Positions 1 through 11,959 of a DNA stretch of 64,000 nucleotides are shown one piece after another. Every line of letters begins with the position of its first letter. Positions within the stretch are counted from its first letter, which is position 1. This DNA is from Paraspadella gotoi. Taxonomy: Eukaryota; Animalia; Chaetognatha. Location: contig JBJCIZ010000239.1 in NCBI GenBank assembly GCA_051294375.1, positions 7,175,220-7,239,219 on the forward strand, read 5' to 3'. The translations under genes were made by a program, and so were the position numbers. The notes beneath the pieces were generated by a model. That model made no database searches and was not told the origin of the DNA. It saw only the letters and a program-made list of their open reading frames with translations.

Positions 1-189
1 AATTTTTAATTCCGAATTTAAAATGAAATGTGGCGTTCTGGGAAAAAAATGCCTCTTTTTGATAATTTTCAAACGTAACTAGCCAACCAACCAACCAATA
101 AAGAAACCAACTACAAGTAACCAACCACCAAAAATCAAAACCATCAACTAAAAATGGGCAATTTCCAAAAGCACCCCGTTTCTGTTCTT

Positions 190-370
190 CATCCCTCAAC
201 TTAATTTTTACCCAAATATTTAACCTGATCCCTAACCTTATTCCCTAAATCTAAACCCCAATGCTTAACCTTAATTCTTCACCAAAACCCAGCCAACCCC
301 TAACTCAGCCCCCAATCCCTAACCCAGCCCCTGATCCCTAACCTTTAACTTAATCTTTAAACTTACAAAA
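190..370 (+). repeat. Degenerate CCCTAA-like low-complexity tract in a dispersed repeat
   Basis: Irregular CCCTAACC/CCCTAAAT/CCCCAAT units; similar tract at ~47950-48120; 47130-47168 is an approximate reverse complement of 8-45. Confidence 0.45.
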
Positions 371-1124
371 TTATTTGATTATGAATTTAAGCTTAAATAG
401 GGTGGAATTTCTACTGGTCTCTCTCTCTCTCGCTCTCTCTCTCCCTCCCTAACTTCACCGCTCTTGTCCTTCGGCGTTATTTTAGTGACGCTCGTAAATT
501 CGTCTCTATCGCCAAAGAGAGAGTGNNNNNNNNNNNNNNNNNNNNNNNNNNNNNNNNNNNNNNNNNNNNNNNNNNNNNNNNNNNNNNNNNNNNNNNNNNN
601 NNNNNNNNNNNNNNNNNNNNNNNNNNNNNNNNNNNNNNNNNNNNNNNNNNNNNNNNNNNNNNNNNNNNNNNNNNNNNNNNNNNNNNNNNNNNNNNNNNNN
701 NNNNNNNNNNNNNNNNNNNNNNNNNNNNNNNNNNNNNCTCCTCCTCCTCCTCCTCCCTCTCTTCCTCTTCCTACTTCCTCTCCCCGTCTCATTATCTTTG
801 ATTATATTATTATATTATTATATTATATTATATATATATCTTTGATTCTTTGATTACAGTTTCAGTTTGATTGGTTGTTATTGGTTATTATTGTTTGTTT
901 GCTCAGTCAATCAATTTTTAAATATTTTGGTGAGTTCGATATAATACACAACCCTCAGGAAAATATTTAAAAGTAAACCAGATATCAGGTTATCACATTA
1001 ATACATTTGATAATTTAGGATTAATGTACGTACTTCAATGTTATAGTTAGTAAATGAGGTTATCGCTCGAAAAAATAAAGTGAAAGGAAAGAAAATAACG
1101 AGAGAGAGGAAAAGAGAAGAGAGA

Positions 1125-1156
<32 letters not shown>

Positions 1157-1828
1157 GAGAGAGATATGAGAGAGAGAGAGGAGAGAGAGGAGTTCGGCGG
1201 ACCAACTCGATAATTCTATTTTTGTGCAGCATTGCGAAAGACAATTAAGAACCATGCTCAGACCATACCAGGAAGACACACAAGCTTGGTCCGAGCTCGT
1301 CGGACCATTGTAGGCTCTTTCTTCTCCTCTCTCTCTCTCTCTCTCCCATTCGTGAGCGTCTCTCTCTCGGATCCTCTGCTCTCTCTCTCTGCTCTCCTCT
1401 CTCTCTCTCTCTCTTTCCTTCTCTCTTTTTTTTTTATTGTTACCATCAGCTCTTCGAGAAAAATTTACATGTATGCATAACACTAGGATCCGTTAAGCAA
1501 AATATATGGTTTTTTTATTAATAGAATTTTGGTTTTTATTTCTTTTATTATTTATTTTCTCCTCCTAGTTCTTTCAATGCCATATTTTCTGTATGCTATT
1601 TTAATCCAGACGTGATATTTTATGTTTCTGAATCGTGCTCATCGCGTTTTTACTTCCGGTACTTATATTCTCTCTCTCTCCCTCCCTCGCTCCCTCTCGT
1701 CTCGTCTCTCTCTCGTCTCTCTCTTCCGTGCTCTCTCTCTCTGTCTCTCTCTTCTCCGCGTTTCAAAAGAGCGTGAAATACGGTACCATCTGTCATTTCA
1801 TTTTCTCAAGTTTATGTTTTTACAAGCC

Positions 1829-4340
1829 ATGGACAAATTAGAAATAACCCACGCACCTATTTCTGAGACTTAGGGGGGAATGGCAGTCCTTGGGAAACGG
1901 GAGGGTTTCCACTCTCCAGAGCCTCCTGTCCCGGGAAGAAGGAAGTTGTTGGAGGCGGAGATCTGGCGGACTTGGTGCAGGCCTTCGCGTTCGAAATGAA
2001 ATGTGTTTCGAGATCCCGAACTGACTCGCCACGGTCTCTTTTCAGAGACTACACCCCTCCTTTAAATCTGCGATAACAAAGGCTTCACACGGTCGATCGC
2101 CCGAGCGAAGACTTCCGCCGCCGAGAGTCAACAGTCGCCGCGTCGCGGCTCGTCGGCGCTAGTCGGCTCGAAAAAGCGCCCTCCGACGGTTCCTGGCCGA
2201 GTTCTCGCGCGATCTTAAGAGAATCGCAGACAACTGGCTGCACAAGTGCATGGCTTCTCTCGGCCGGCGAGTGTTCTCTGAAAGCGCAACCAAAGACCGC
2301 CGAGTAAGTTCTTTTTACTCCGGAATCTATTGTTGTTTCTTCCCGTGTATAATTTGATGCGGGGAGTGTTTGGATATAAATTTAAAAGAAAAGAAAAGTG
2401 GATCTACGTCAATCGAATTTCGAACCGTCGAAGTCGAAACGTAAATTCAAATTGCTAATCTAATCTATTAATGCGTTGAGAAAAGTTTCGGCTATCATCC
2501 TATTTGGAGCCTAATGGTTCTACAAAAAACTTTCCCCTTTTCGGATTTGATTCTCAGCCGCTTTGGTCGCGGCCAAAGCGCCCTGGTGAACGCGTACTTT
2601 ACACGTGATCCTCTATCCCACGAGCGAGTGGATATGTCCGCCCCCGTCCATGTCGACCTCAAAAAGTGACTAGCCGACTTCTTGCCCAAGAATTCTCCGA
2701 TTGCAAACCTGCGAGAAAATTCGAAGCGCCCTCCAGCATTCCAGCTTCCTCGGCAGAAGCGCCTCGATGGAATCGCTGCAGTAAGGACCCGGTGAGGACC
2801 TCGAGGCAAAGTTCTGATGCGAAAATCTATTCTTTTATATTATTGTGTATCTTTAAAGAACTACTACTTCCCTGTTTCGACAAGTTATCGAACGAAAATC
2901 TTGGAATTTAGCTCGAGAAAAGATCTTCAAGGAATCCCAGAATCAAAAGTGTTAACGTGGGCTTTTTTCTCGATGGCTCGCACTTTCGCAGGAAAAGATA
3001 TAGATTCTTCTTCCGACGTCCCAAAGGATGTTTCCGAAATGGTCCCCTATTTTGGGCACAAAAAAGGCAGCGGAGATAAAATGGTTGATTAATTGCGATG
3101 TTTGTCTAGGGGGGGGACAATTTAAAGATGGCAATTTACAACTCTAGAAATTTTAGGCTTATTGAGTACAATTGCTACCTGTTACATTCGCAAAACCCTC
3201 TATGAACTCGAATGCATCACCTTTTGGCCACTCTTCCCAGGCTTCGACAGGTCTTCACAGTCAGTCGCTCTTCTGGCGCAAGCCGTCGAGATCCTCTTCT
3301 TCCAGTGCAATTACGAGAAGCCACTCGGACAGAACCTTCGAAGAAAGATAAGAGGAGCGAGTGCGCAAAAGGATGCTTCGTGTCAGATTCGCCCGACACC
3401 GAAGGTACGCGTTATTAGACAGTGGATGTTTCGGTATTGGGATTTAAATTGAAAGGTTGAAAAAGATTAGTTAAAATGTAGAATTACTAATGAAGGCCAG
3501 TGGGAATGTTTTAATGTTTTTTTTTTTTCTTACCTTCGGAGAATCTCACTTAAACGGACGGGAAAACCCTTTGTAATTTAGTATAGTGGAACAGTTTTAT
3601 AAGCATATTTCGTTTCCTTTTAGGCCATGACACTCGACGCGAAGCAATTTCTCTGAAATCGGACGAAGATTCGCATCCCTTCTCGGGCGTTGAAGCGTTG
3701 AAGGTCGGGAATCGAACTGCGACCGGCGAGAACATCGGCGCTCGCTTCTCATCCCATTAATTTTTCAAACACGGAGGCGAGGAGTGAGGCGGTAAAGAAT
3801 CGCCTACTAGAGAAAAGGAAGGTGGTGTTAGACATGAGTTTTTCACATCACTCCGGACTTGATATTGGGTGAGTTGAAGGGAAATCATGAGGTGAAATTT
3901 CAACACTGGCATTATGCAAAGGAAAATTGATACGGTAAAATAAAGGCAGCGCAGAAGTTGCAAATCTCTCGTCCGACGAACCAAAAAAAAGTCTTCAATC
4001 CGTTGTACTTATAACGACTGGAATTCTTTCGCGAACGTCCCTGCCGGTATTGAACTCAATACAATTTTATACTTGTACTTGACTTTATTTTTTTTGTCCT
4101 ACAAACTTTTTTTTTTCGTATTAACCCTTTTTTCCTCACCCCAAGGTCGCGTCTCTTCCTCCTCCTCTTCTTCCTCCTACAACTTCACCCTCAACGTCCC
4201 CCCGCCACACTTCGTTCAAGGGCGACGTGTTCGATTTGCCGTCTGTTACTCAGGCGATGGGTCGTATCTACTGGGAGCAACAACGATGGCGTCAGTACGG
4301 TCGTCGAGTGCCTACGCCCGTCAGTGTCCTCGCAGCGACG
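1829..4340 (+). CDS. Unidentified multi-exon protein-coding gene (frameshifted)
   Basis: GC-richer blocks alternate with AT-rich spacers bounded by GTAAG/GTGAG/GTACG and pyrimidine-AG sites (e.g. ~2304, ~2791, ~3405, ~3622, ~4145). No family recognised. Confidence 0.3.
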
Positions 4341-4904
4341 CCGACAGAACCTTGGATATGCCTTTCTCTGCATGTTGGTTTAATTTTTTCTTTCTATTTT
4401 TTTATCTTTTAAATAACTTTTTCCTAAGTTTTTCCCCTATTTTTTCGTCCTTTTTTCTTCTTTTTCAGTGGGTTTTTTGCTTTTTTCTCCTGTTTTTTTT
4501 TTGTTTACCCGCGTTTTCCGAAACTAGTCTATAGTCTACTCTTTCTTATACCCTCTATATTTATTGTTAACAATGAAAAATGTGCTAGAAATCGAAGTAA
4601 TGGCTTTTAATATTTACATAAGCGTCAGCATTGCATTCATTCGGTTATCCTCCCTCTCGGTACGGGTTATTTTGCTTTTACATTTGCTCAAAATAACAAT
4701 ATTCCTAGTGTTTGTCCAAAAGGTACTGACACAAAAAAAAAAAAGAGATGAAGTATCATATTTGATTTTTATTTTTATATTTTTAATTTTATATATTTTA
4801 TCTTTCGAATCAAATTTTAGTTTTCATTGGGCCCGCGTGCCTTGATCAGTATCATCATCCAAATTAACTCGAGAATAATTAATTTTCCTCCGCTCCGCGC
4901 CGCG

Positions 4905-7545
4905 ATGGAGACAAAAAACGCGGTGGACGCGGACGTGCTACTCCTACATCTGCTCTTTTTCTCAAATCCACCTTTCCCAAAGGAGATCAGGAATCATTCA
5001 AAAACAAGTAACGGGCCATCGCCCTCGATCCTAAACTCGACGCCGACGGGCCGCCTTCTTTCTTCGAATCTTCGCTCACGAGATCAGGGACGAGTGCTTG
5101 AAAGCGGAAGAGCGCTTTCGGCATCTCGGAAAGGAGAAGCGGAAGTAGTCGAGTGACAGCGAGATGGACAGAACAATCGGCGGCGAAAAAGCTAAACAAG
5201 AAGAAGGAATCCAGTTCGGAGGAGGAAGAGTCGAGTTCCTGAGGGAGGAGGAAAAGAAAGTAAAGAAGCCGGCGAAAGGCGAATAAAAAGGAAGCGAAAA
5301 AAGGAAGAAGCCCAAAGGGACAAAAGGACAAGTTAAGAAGAACGGAGCGAAAAAGAAACGAGAAGCGGAAATGAAGATGTAAAGAAGGGAATCTTAAAGA
5401 AGGGGACCGAAGTTAAAAGGGAAAAGGAAAAAAGTCGAATCGAAAAAAGCCCCGAAGTGGAAGAAGACGCAGAGCGCCCGAATCTTCGTCGGACGAATCG
5501 GACGAAATCCTGAGAGCGAAGAGATGGCGAATACGGAATCTAACGTCGAAATCACAACCGACTAGCGACGACAACAAAAAATGCAAAGAATCTAATCAGT
5601 TTCTCCCCCGCAAGGTTCCCAAAAACCGGGTGATGAAGCTTCCACAAAAAGGCGGCCGGCCCATAGGAGAACGGCAAAAAGTCAGCGGAGAAATCCAAAA
5701 CTTCGCGGCGACGAGAAGACTCCGCGACAAGAAAACGCCAACGCCAAAACTGGCAAGGACGAGCGGGACAAAACCAGCCACTCCAGCGACGAAAGACCCC
5801 GCACGAAGACACGTTGACTGAAGACCCCGACGGAAGACGACAGCTAAGGCCGAAGTCCAGTTCGGAAAGAGGAATCGTCCCCGAAGGAGGAGAGCGACAC
5901 CGAGGAAGAAAAGAAGGACAACGACTGCGAAAAAGGAAAACAAAGAAGTCGCGAAGAATACCCTCGTCGTCGCGAAGATCTTCAGAGGAATGTCAAGCGA
6001 GGAACGACGACGAGCCTACCAAGCTTCCTGCCCGTCTCGGCGCCGTCCAAGCCTAAATCCGGCGCCCAGCCTCGCGAAGAAAGAAGATTCGAGTTCCATC
6101 GAAGGAAGAATCTTCTAAGCGAGAAGAGGAGCCGGTAAGGCGGGCCGCCAAGCGCGCTGCTCAACCAAAAGTCCGGCCGTTCAGCCCGCCGGCTCTCAGC
6201 AAAAAGTCGGCCGTTCGCAAACAGAGCAAAAAAGCGGGAATGCTTCCTCTTCCGGGAGGAATCCTTCGGATCGGAGGACGAGGACGAAGCGGCTGAAAAA
6301 ACCTGCGCCTTCAAAACCCCCCGCTGTTAAAACTAGATAGAGAAGAAAGAAGAATCCTCGTCGGAAGAAGAATCTTCTGAAGTGAAGAATCGCGACGACG
6401 AGCCTAAAAAGGCGGCCCCGACGCCGCCAGCACCGGCCGAAAAAGGGACGAAAGAGCCCGCACGGGGTAGGCGAAAGCGGCCGCCAATGTGTCGCCTACA
6501 CAACGCCCAAAAAAGGCGACGCCTAAACTAACCTCTAAAACGACACCAAAACGCGCCGAATGAGCGGCGTCAAGGCAGGGTCCAAAACGGAGGATAAAGT
6601 TAAACCTGTCGCTCAAAAACGACTCAAAAGAAACCTCCGCGCCTGTTGAAGAATCCAGTTCTCCGGAAGAGGAGTCACCCAGCGATTCGTAGATGGACCT
6701 CGGACTCTCAGCAGCTTAACGGCCAAGCTCCTAGAAACCGGCAACAAAAGATTCTAAAGCTGCTGCTGTCAAGCCGCGGGCCGCAAAAGAAAATCGAGGC
6801 TCACTCGAAGAAGAAACGGACCAGCGACCGGAGCGACGAGGAACCGGCTCCACGCAGCGGCGAAACTCGGCTAGGCAACCGCCAGCCGCCGAAAGCGCCA
6901 GAAGAAGGAGATAAAACGGGAAACAAAAATGGCGCCAAAGTTTGGCCTGCTAAAACAACGAAAACTAGCGCGAAAGAGGAATCCAGTTCGAGAGGAATCT
7001 TCCTCGGAGAAGAGAGCGACTCGGAAGAACGAAACTTCTGCCCCGAGAAGATCAACCGGCACGTCGATTCAATCACTCCATTAAAGAAAACTGGATCTCA
7101 AGGCGAAAAGCGAATCTCCTCGGGCGGGAAACACTCCCTGTTTCCGCAAAAAGGCGCGGCCATCGGCGTTGGCCACTAGCAGCGGCCCAAGGCCCCGAGC
7201 CCGCACGCTGGCGACTCGGTCAAACTCGAATCGAACTCGGCTTCGTTCGTGACGGCCGACTCTAGCCCTCGGACGCGGGCCGATCCGTCGAAAAAGGCCA
7301 AGACAGGACAACGCCCCAATCGGTTCGCCGCGTCAAGGAATGAGGACATTCCAAGTCTCCTCAACTTCCGCGACAACTACACGACGGCCTCCTTCGACAG
7401 AATAACGGCGGCAAAAAGGCCGCGAGCAAACTCATCAAAGTCCGCGGCAAGACTTCAGGCAACGAGAAGACGAAAAGAAAGCGAGGATCTTACAAGGGCG
7501 GATCCATCGGACAATCTGGTGCAACTATTTCAGTTCGACGATTAG
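4905..7545 (+). CDS. NOLC1: Nopp140/NOLC1 (SRP40 family) nucleolar phosphoprotein, apparently intronless, many indels
   Basis: ATG at 4905; long alternating acidic-Ser (SSSEEE-like) and Lys/Ala/Pro-rich blocks; 3' end reads across frameshifts as ...LIKVRGK.F..EKT.K.RGSYKGGSI....FQFDD*, the SRP40 C-terminal domain. Confidence 0.85.
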
Positions 7546-7904
7546 AGAGAGACCTGAGTGGAAAGAGATTCTTTGAAAGGATTTTCATGAGAATAAACAG
7601 TGGCGGAGGCGAATGATTTCGATCCTTATTCATTTGGTATGATTATCCGCTTCGAAGTTGTAAAAGATTTTTGTAGTTTCGGTTGTTGTGTTACGATTTA
7701 CGATTTATGTTCTTTGTTATTTCTTGAATCTTTAACAGCCCTGTCACCTTGCCACTAATATCTCACAGTTATAACCATTTATTATAATCTCGTATTTAAA
7801 CCAAAAGGCCAAAAAAAAAACAAATACAAAACAAAACATACAAAAAACCACACACGAAATCAAAAAAACATTCCCCCTTTCCTTCCCTCGTTGAATTAAA
7901 AAAA

Positions 7905-8494
7905 ATGGATAATTGCGTCGCGCGTTTGAGCGGCGAGGGAAGAGGAGGATGACGGGCTTTCACTCGCCGTCAATGGACAATTGAACGTTGAAGTTGGGGA
8001 AACGCGGGTCAAGGGTTTTCGTCCATCTTGCTTCATTATCGATCTCTCAGCATCCAATCGGCTCTGTTTGCATATTCTTCAGATGTGGGTGGCCTTTGAA
8101 AATCACTCTACACTTGGGAATATCGTGGCCATGCCTTTCACTGTTTCCTCTGTGGCCCCGTCAATCAGGTTTTGGCATTATGCGTTTTTCCCCTTTGTTT
8201 TTTGGAGGGCGTCAAATACACAATGTTTTTCGTCCAATATTTGCGCAGATTAAAAAGAAGATGTTCGCGCGAGAACCGCGGGTCATTGCGACGTGAAGTT
8301 GCTGGTCTTTCGTGTTTTTTGATCTTAATACTAAATCGCTGGACTTGGCTAAAAGAAGGGGCGGCCCTCCAGAGCCTCTCTTCTTTGCATCTTGTCAGTT
8401 TTGGTTCGATGACCTGGTACTTTTTCTTCTGTGTCCATCTCCTACATTTCCCCTTCGCCCGGACGCCATCAAAAGAATGCGCCGGTCCTCTTAG
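7905..8494 (+). CDS. SFT2D: SFT2D1/2-like vesicle transport protein (Got1/Sft2 family), intron ~8169-8248
   Basis: Across frameshifts: MD.LRR.LSG.EEED.G...WETRVKGF, TLGNIVAM, GPVNQ|IKKMF, SMTWY...PFARDAIK, matching recalled SFT2D1/2 motifs. Confidence 0.85.
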
Positions 8495-9340
8495 AAGTCA
8501 TAAGAAGAAAAAATGCTAGAGGAAAGACATGCACCAGGGAACCTAGAAGTGTTCACAGGGTTCGTCTTTGTAACGAGTTAAAAGCTTTTTAGAAAAACCC
8601 GCAAGAGTTTTTATAGGACGCCGAGTAAGATTTATTTGTTGTTTTAATAACCGTTGTGATTTCGTCGAATACCATGAATGTAGTGTCTTCTTTTTATGGC
8701 CAAGACACTATCGGGTTTTTATCTGCTGATGAATGTCTTTTCTTGCAAATTTTACTTATATTTGTAATTTTATTTATGAGCATATCATATACACAGCGTT
8801 GTCTTTTGTGGTTTTTTTTTTCCAAAACCCTGTAATCCGGCGACGGTCAGTGCCGTTGTCTTCTATCAGTTACAAAATATTCTGTATACACACCGCTCTC
8901 AGTACCCGCAATTTTTCAAAATGTAATCCTCAAGTTGACAAAAGAACGCCTTTAAAGAGAAAATATAGCACACACGTACAAAACCGGTTGATTTATTTCC
9001 TTTAGATTGACAAATGAACCTCTTTTTTACTGCTAGTGCTTTGGAATCGGCGATCGAAAAACTCAGCCCTTCCCTTCCCGATTTTTGCCATGTTTTCGAT
9101 GCCAAGCCAAAATTCAATTTTTTGTTATTTTTCTTTCTCTTTTCGTGTTCTTTTAACACGGCGCTGTGAGTCAGCAAAACACTTTTTACTGACGAAAAAT
9201 TCGGCCAGCGGAAACTGTAACTTTTTTTTTTTTTTCTCTTTCCTTTTCTAACGATGTTGTAAATGTTTTTCTAAAACCGTTATGTAATAGTTTATCTCTA
9301 CGTATGAAGAATACGCACTGGGAAATTAATTGTTCGAACT

Positions 9341-10172
9341 ATGTCCGATGTGAGCGAAAAACAAAAAGAGCGCGGTGGACGTGTTTTTCAAACAAAAAAG
9401 ACGCCAAGGCGTTGAGCGGAGTTGATTCTCAAGCGAAAGGGGGAAATCGATAGCACCTCAAGGGGATTTGTTTGGTGATAAACACGCTTATAAGCTTATA
9501 ACGATCAGGTTATACTTGAAGCGATAACTTAAATCGCTGATACGGAGCAGGTTAATTTTGAATACCCAATCGTCTCTTCGTCGATCAGACGACTACTTCA
9601 CGACGAGCTCCTTGCTCCCGGTCGAATTCGTCCTCTTTGTCGCAACGCGAGGCTGGAAGGGAAGATCAAGAAGCCGAAACTTGGCGTTTGGCTGAAGACG
9701 CGCACAGACCCCATCGAGGACGTCGAAGACCGTCGTCGACGACGCTTTTGGCAAAGATCAGCGGACACTTCGGAACGAGCGACGTTGAAAAAATGGATGC
9801 GCCCTCGGGGCACCGTCTTTTCTCAAGTTCGAAACCACATGGATCTTGCAAGCGGCGGCGTGTCGCGATTTGGAGGAGCGCTGCGCAAGTTGCACATCCG
9901 GGTCGGATTGGAGACGACGGCTTCAAAAACTCGGTCTCGAGTTGGAAAGAAGGGCGCTTTCGTGTCGGCAATATCGCGCGCCGCTCACCAGGGCCGTCGA
10001 GTACGTTGCTGAAAGAAACGGGCGCTTGACGGACGAAAAGGGAGAAGCTCAATCGTTGATCGGCGTTATCTCTCTTCGTTAGCAACTTGGCCAGCCAAGA
10101 AGCTCGCCAATAACTTTTGAATCAATTGACAGACTTTCTGCCAACGCGAAACGGAGCCTATCGACTAAATTA
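9341..10172 (+). CDS. TYW3: tRNA wybutosine-synthesizing protein 3 (methyltransferase), frameshifted; 3' end approximate
   Basis: Across frameshifts: LSGVD.S.KGEID, DDYFTTSSCSGRI (~9590-9630), GFKNS...KKGRF, ANQK-like C-terminal helix. Confidence 0.85.
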
Positions 10173-10742
10173 AAAAATGAAGGGTCTGAGGCTAATGTCA
10201 ACTACTTGGCGATGATGCGGTAGTGGAGGTGAGGCCGGACGAACGATGGTGCGGGAATCGACGGTCGGCCCTCTTCAATCCGGAGCGGCGTCGTCGGCGG
10301 CGCCTTCGGTGTGAGGGAGCAAAGCGCTTTTGGAAAGACTTTCTCCACAGCTTATAGGTATTAGAGTTAAGCTAAGATTGGAAATTGATTAAGTTGCTGT
10401 TGTATTAAATTTGGACAGCCATCTTTCTCAGCTATTACAAAAGTCAAAAGAGCCTCGTGGATCGAGAAAGGACAGCGTGAAGTGCTCAATTGGCGCGTGA
10501 CGTCATCGTCTTCCCCGGCAGTCGCGGTGTTCGTTCGGCACATGCCTTCCAACCCTCGTCCCAGTCGCGGCAACGCGGGCAACCGCGGCGCTACGTTAGG
10601 CTTTTTCTTACGGGCTAGCCCTTTGTCTTTGGGCCAATGTCGAGAGGGAGTGAACATCTGGAATTTGGGAGTTTTCGTGGGCGGAGCACCGCCGGCGTCG
10701 GGCATAATCTTTTCAGGTCAGTTCGATTTTTAGAAAACAATC

Positions 10743-11034
10743 TGTAGTCGGGCATTGCTGGTTCACCCCGCCTATAAGCATGACACCTCAGTCCCTGACC
10801 GGTGGCTCATTGAGTAAAGCATCAAGCTCATGACTACTAGGTCTGGGTTCAATCCCACTGGTACCTACCCTGCGGGAAGCGTGGAGGGACGGGTGCCGTC
10901 AACCCGCCTTGGGGGCGTGGGCAAACGTCCTCTCAAGCCTGGCGTTCCGCCCAGGACCCGTTTCCAATGGCTACTAAAGGGGGTTATAGAAGTTTAGATT
11001 AAGTCATCTCAGCCACTTCGGCGCCTTATCCACA
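10743..11034 (+). mobile_element. Solo LTR of tRNA-containing TRIM family 1 (Helenus-like)
   Basis: TGTAGT...TCCACA termini, 4-bp TSD AATC (10739-10742 / 11035-11038), homologous to both LTRs at 22404-23066. Confidence 0.85.
10796..10865 (+). promoter_or_regulatory. tRNA-derived Pol III A/B-box module inside the LTR
   Basis: A-box-like TGGCTCATTGAG (10803-10814), B-box GGTTCAATCCC (10846-10856) with TGGG/CCCA T-stem, CTCATGA in the anticodon-loop position. Confidence 0.7.
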
Positions 11035-11426
11035 AATCACTCATAGAATGGTGAAAGTACTTTTCGATGCATCTTTATTTTATGCTTCTTTCTTTTTTAT
11101 AAAAAACAGAGTTGTTCGCGCGAAAGAAGGAATCGTCCCTCAAAGTCGATTTGCCAGTATCCGCTCCTCTAACGAATTAAAAAAGTTTGACAAACGTCCA
11201 ATCAAGTTCGGGAAAGGTGACGAGGGCGGTAGAAGAGGCACCGATTTTCTTCAGACAGCAACAGAGACTAATGCTGAGGGTTTCCTTCGCAACTTATTGN
11301 NNNNNNNNNNNNNNNNNNNNNNNNATAGATGGCGTCCATGCGATGGTAATAACGTCAAGAATCGGATCCAGCGCTTAATTTAATTTTCTCCACCGGCTTT
11401 CAATTCTTTCGATCGGCGGGGGACAA

Positions 11427-11617
11427 GGGCCAAGATTGGGCTCTTCTGAGTCGGATGAAGGCCAAGATTTGCCCATTCAGTGGCGGAAGAAGGCCAAGAC
11501 TTGGCCATTTATTGCTGGTTAAAGCCAAGACTGGGTTATTCAGTACCGGATGAAAGCCAAGACTTGGTCATTCGGTACCGGATAAAGGCCAAGACTTGGC
11601 CTTTCGGTGGGCCAAGG
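11427..11617. repeat. ~30-bp tandem repeat, ~6-7 units (core GCCAAGACTTGG)
   Basis: Units such as AAGCCAAGACTTGGTCATTCGGTACCGGATA are directly visible. Confidence 0.8.
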
Positions 11618-11924
11618 TAGAGGTCTGGACAAAGTCATCTGGTGCTAGTGAGAGGCCATTATATCAAGGGGGCAATCTTCGGCGATTAGTGATTGCTGAT
11701 TGCTGACGTGAGGGTAAAACAGGGTTTAGCTACTATGTAATTATATTCTCCCAAAAAAATATCAATATTAAGAGGGAAGATATATTTTATTTAATAATCA
11801 TTAATCATTCGATTAAATGAATGAATAATTTTCATAATGTTTGTACCAATATTCATTTTTCTCCAAGTGTGAAAGGAACTGCATTCTGGCCGGACGGACT
11901 TAATTTGTCTCATTAGAAAGTCTA

Positions 11925-11959
<35 letters not shown>

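Noticed and set aside
190-370. True telomere
   Set aside because: Units are degenerate and interspersed, and a similar tract recurs internally near 48 kb.
11026-11034. DnaA box TTATCCACA
   Set aside because: It is simply the LTR 3' terminus in a eukaryotic sequence.
11427-11617. CRISPR-like array
   Set aside because: Eukaryotic context; the spacers resemble each other, so this is a tandem repeat; no cas genes.
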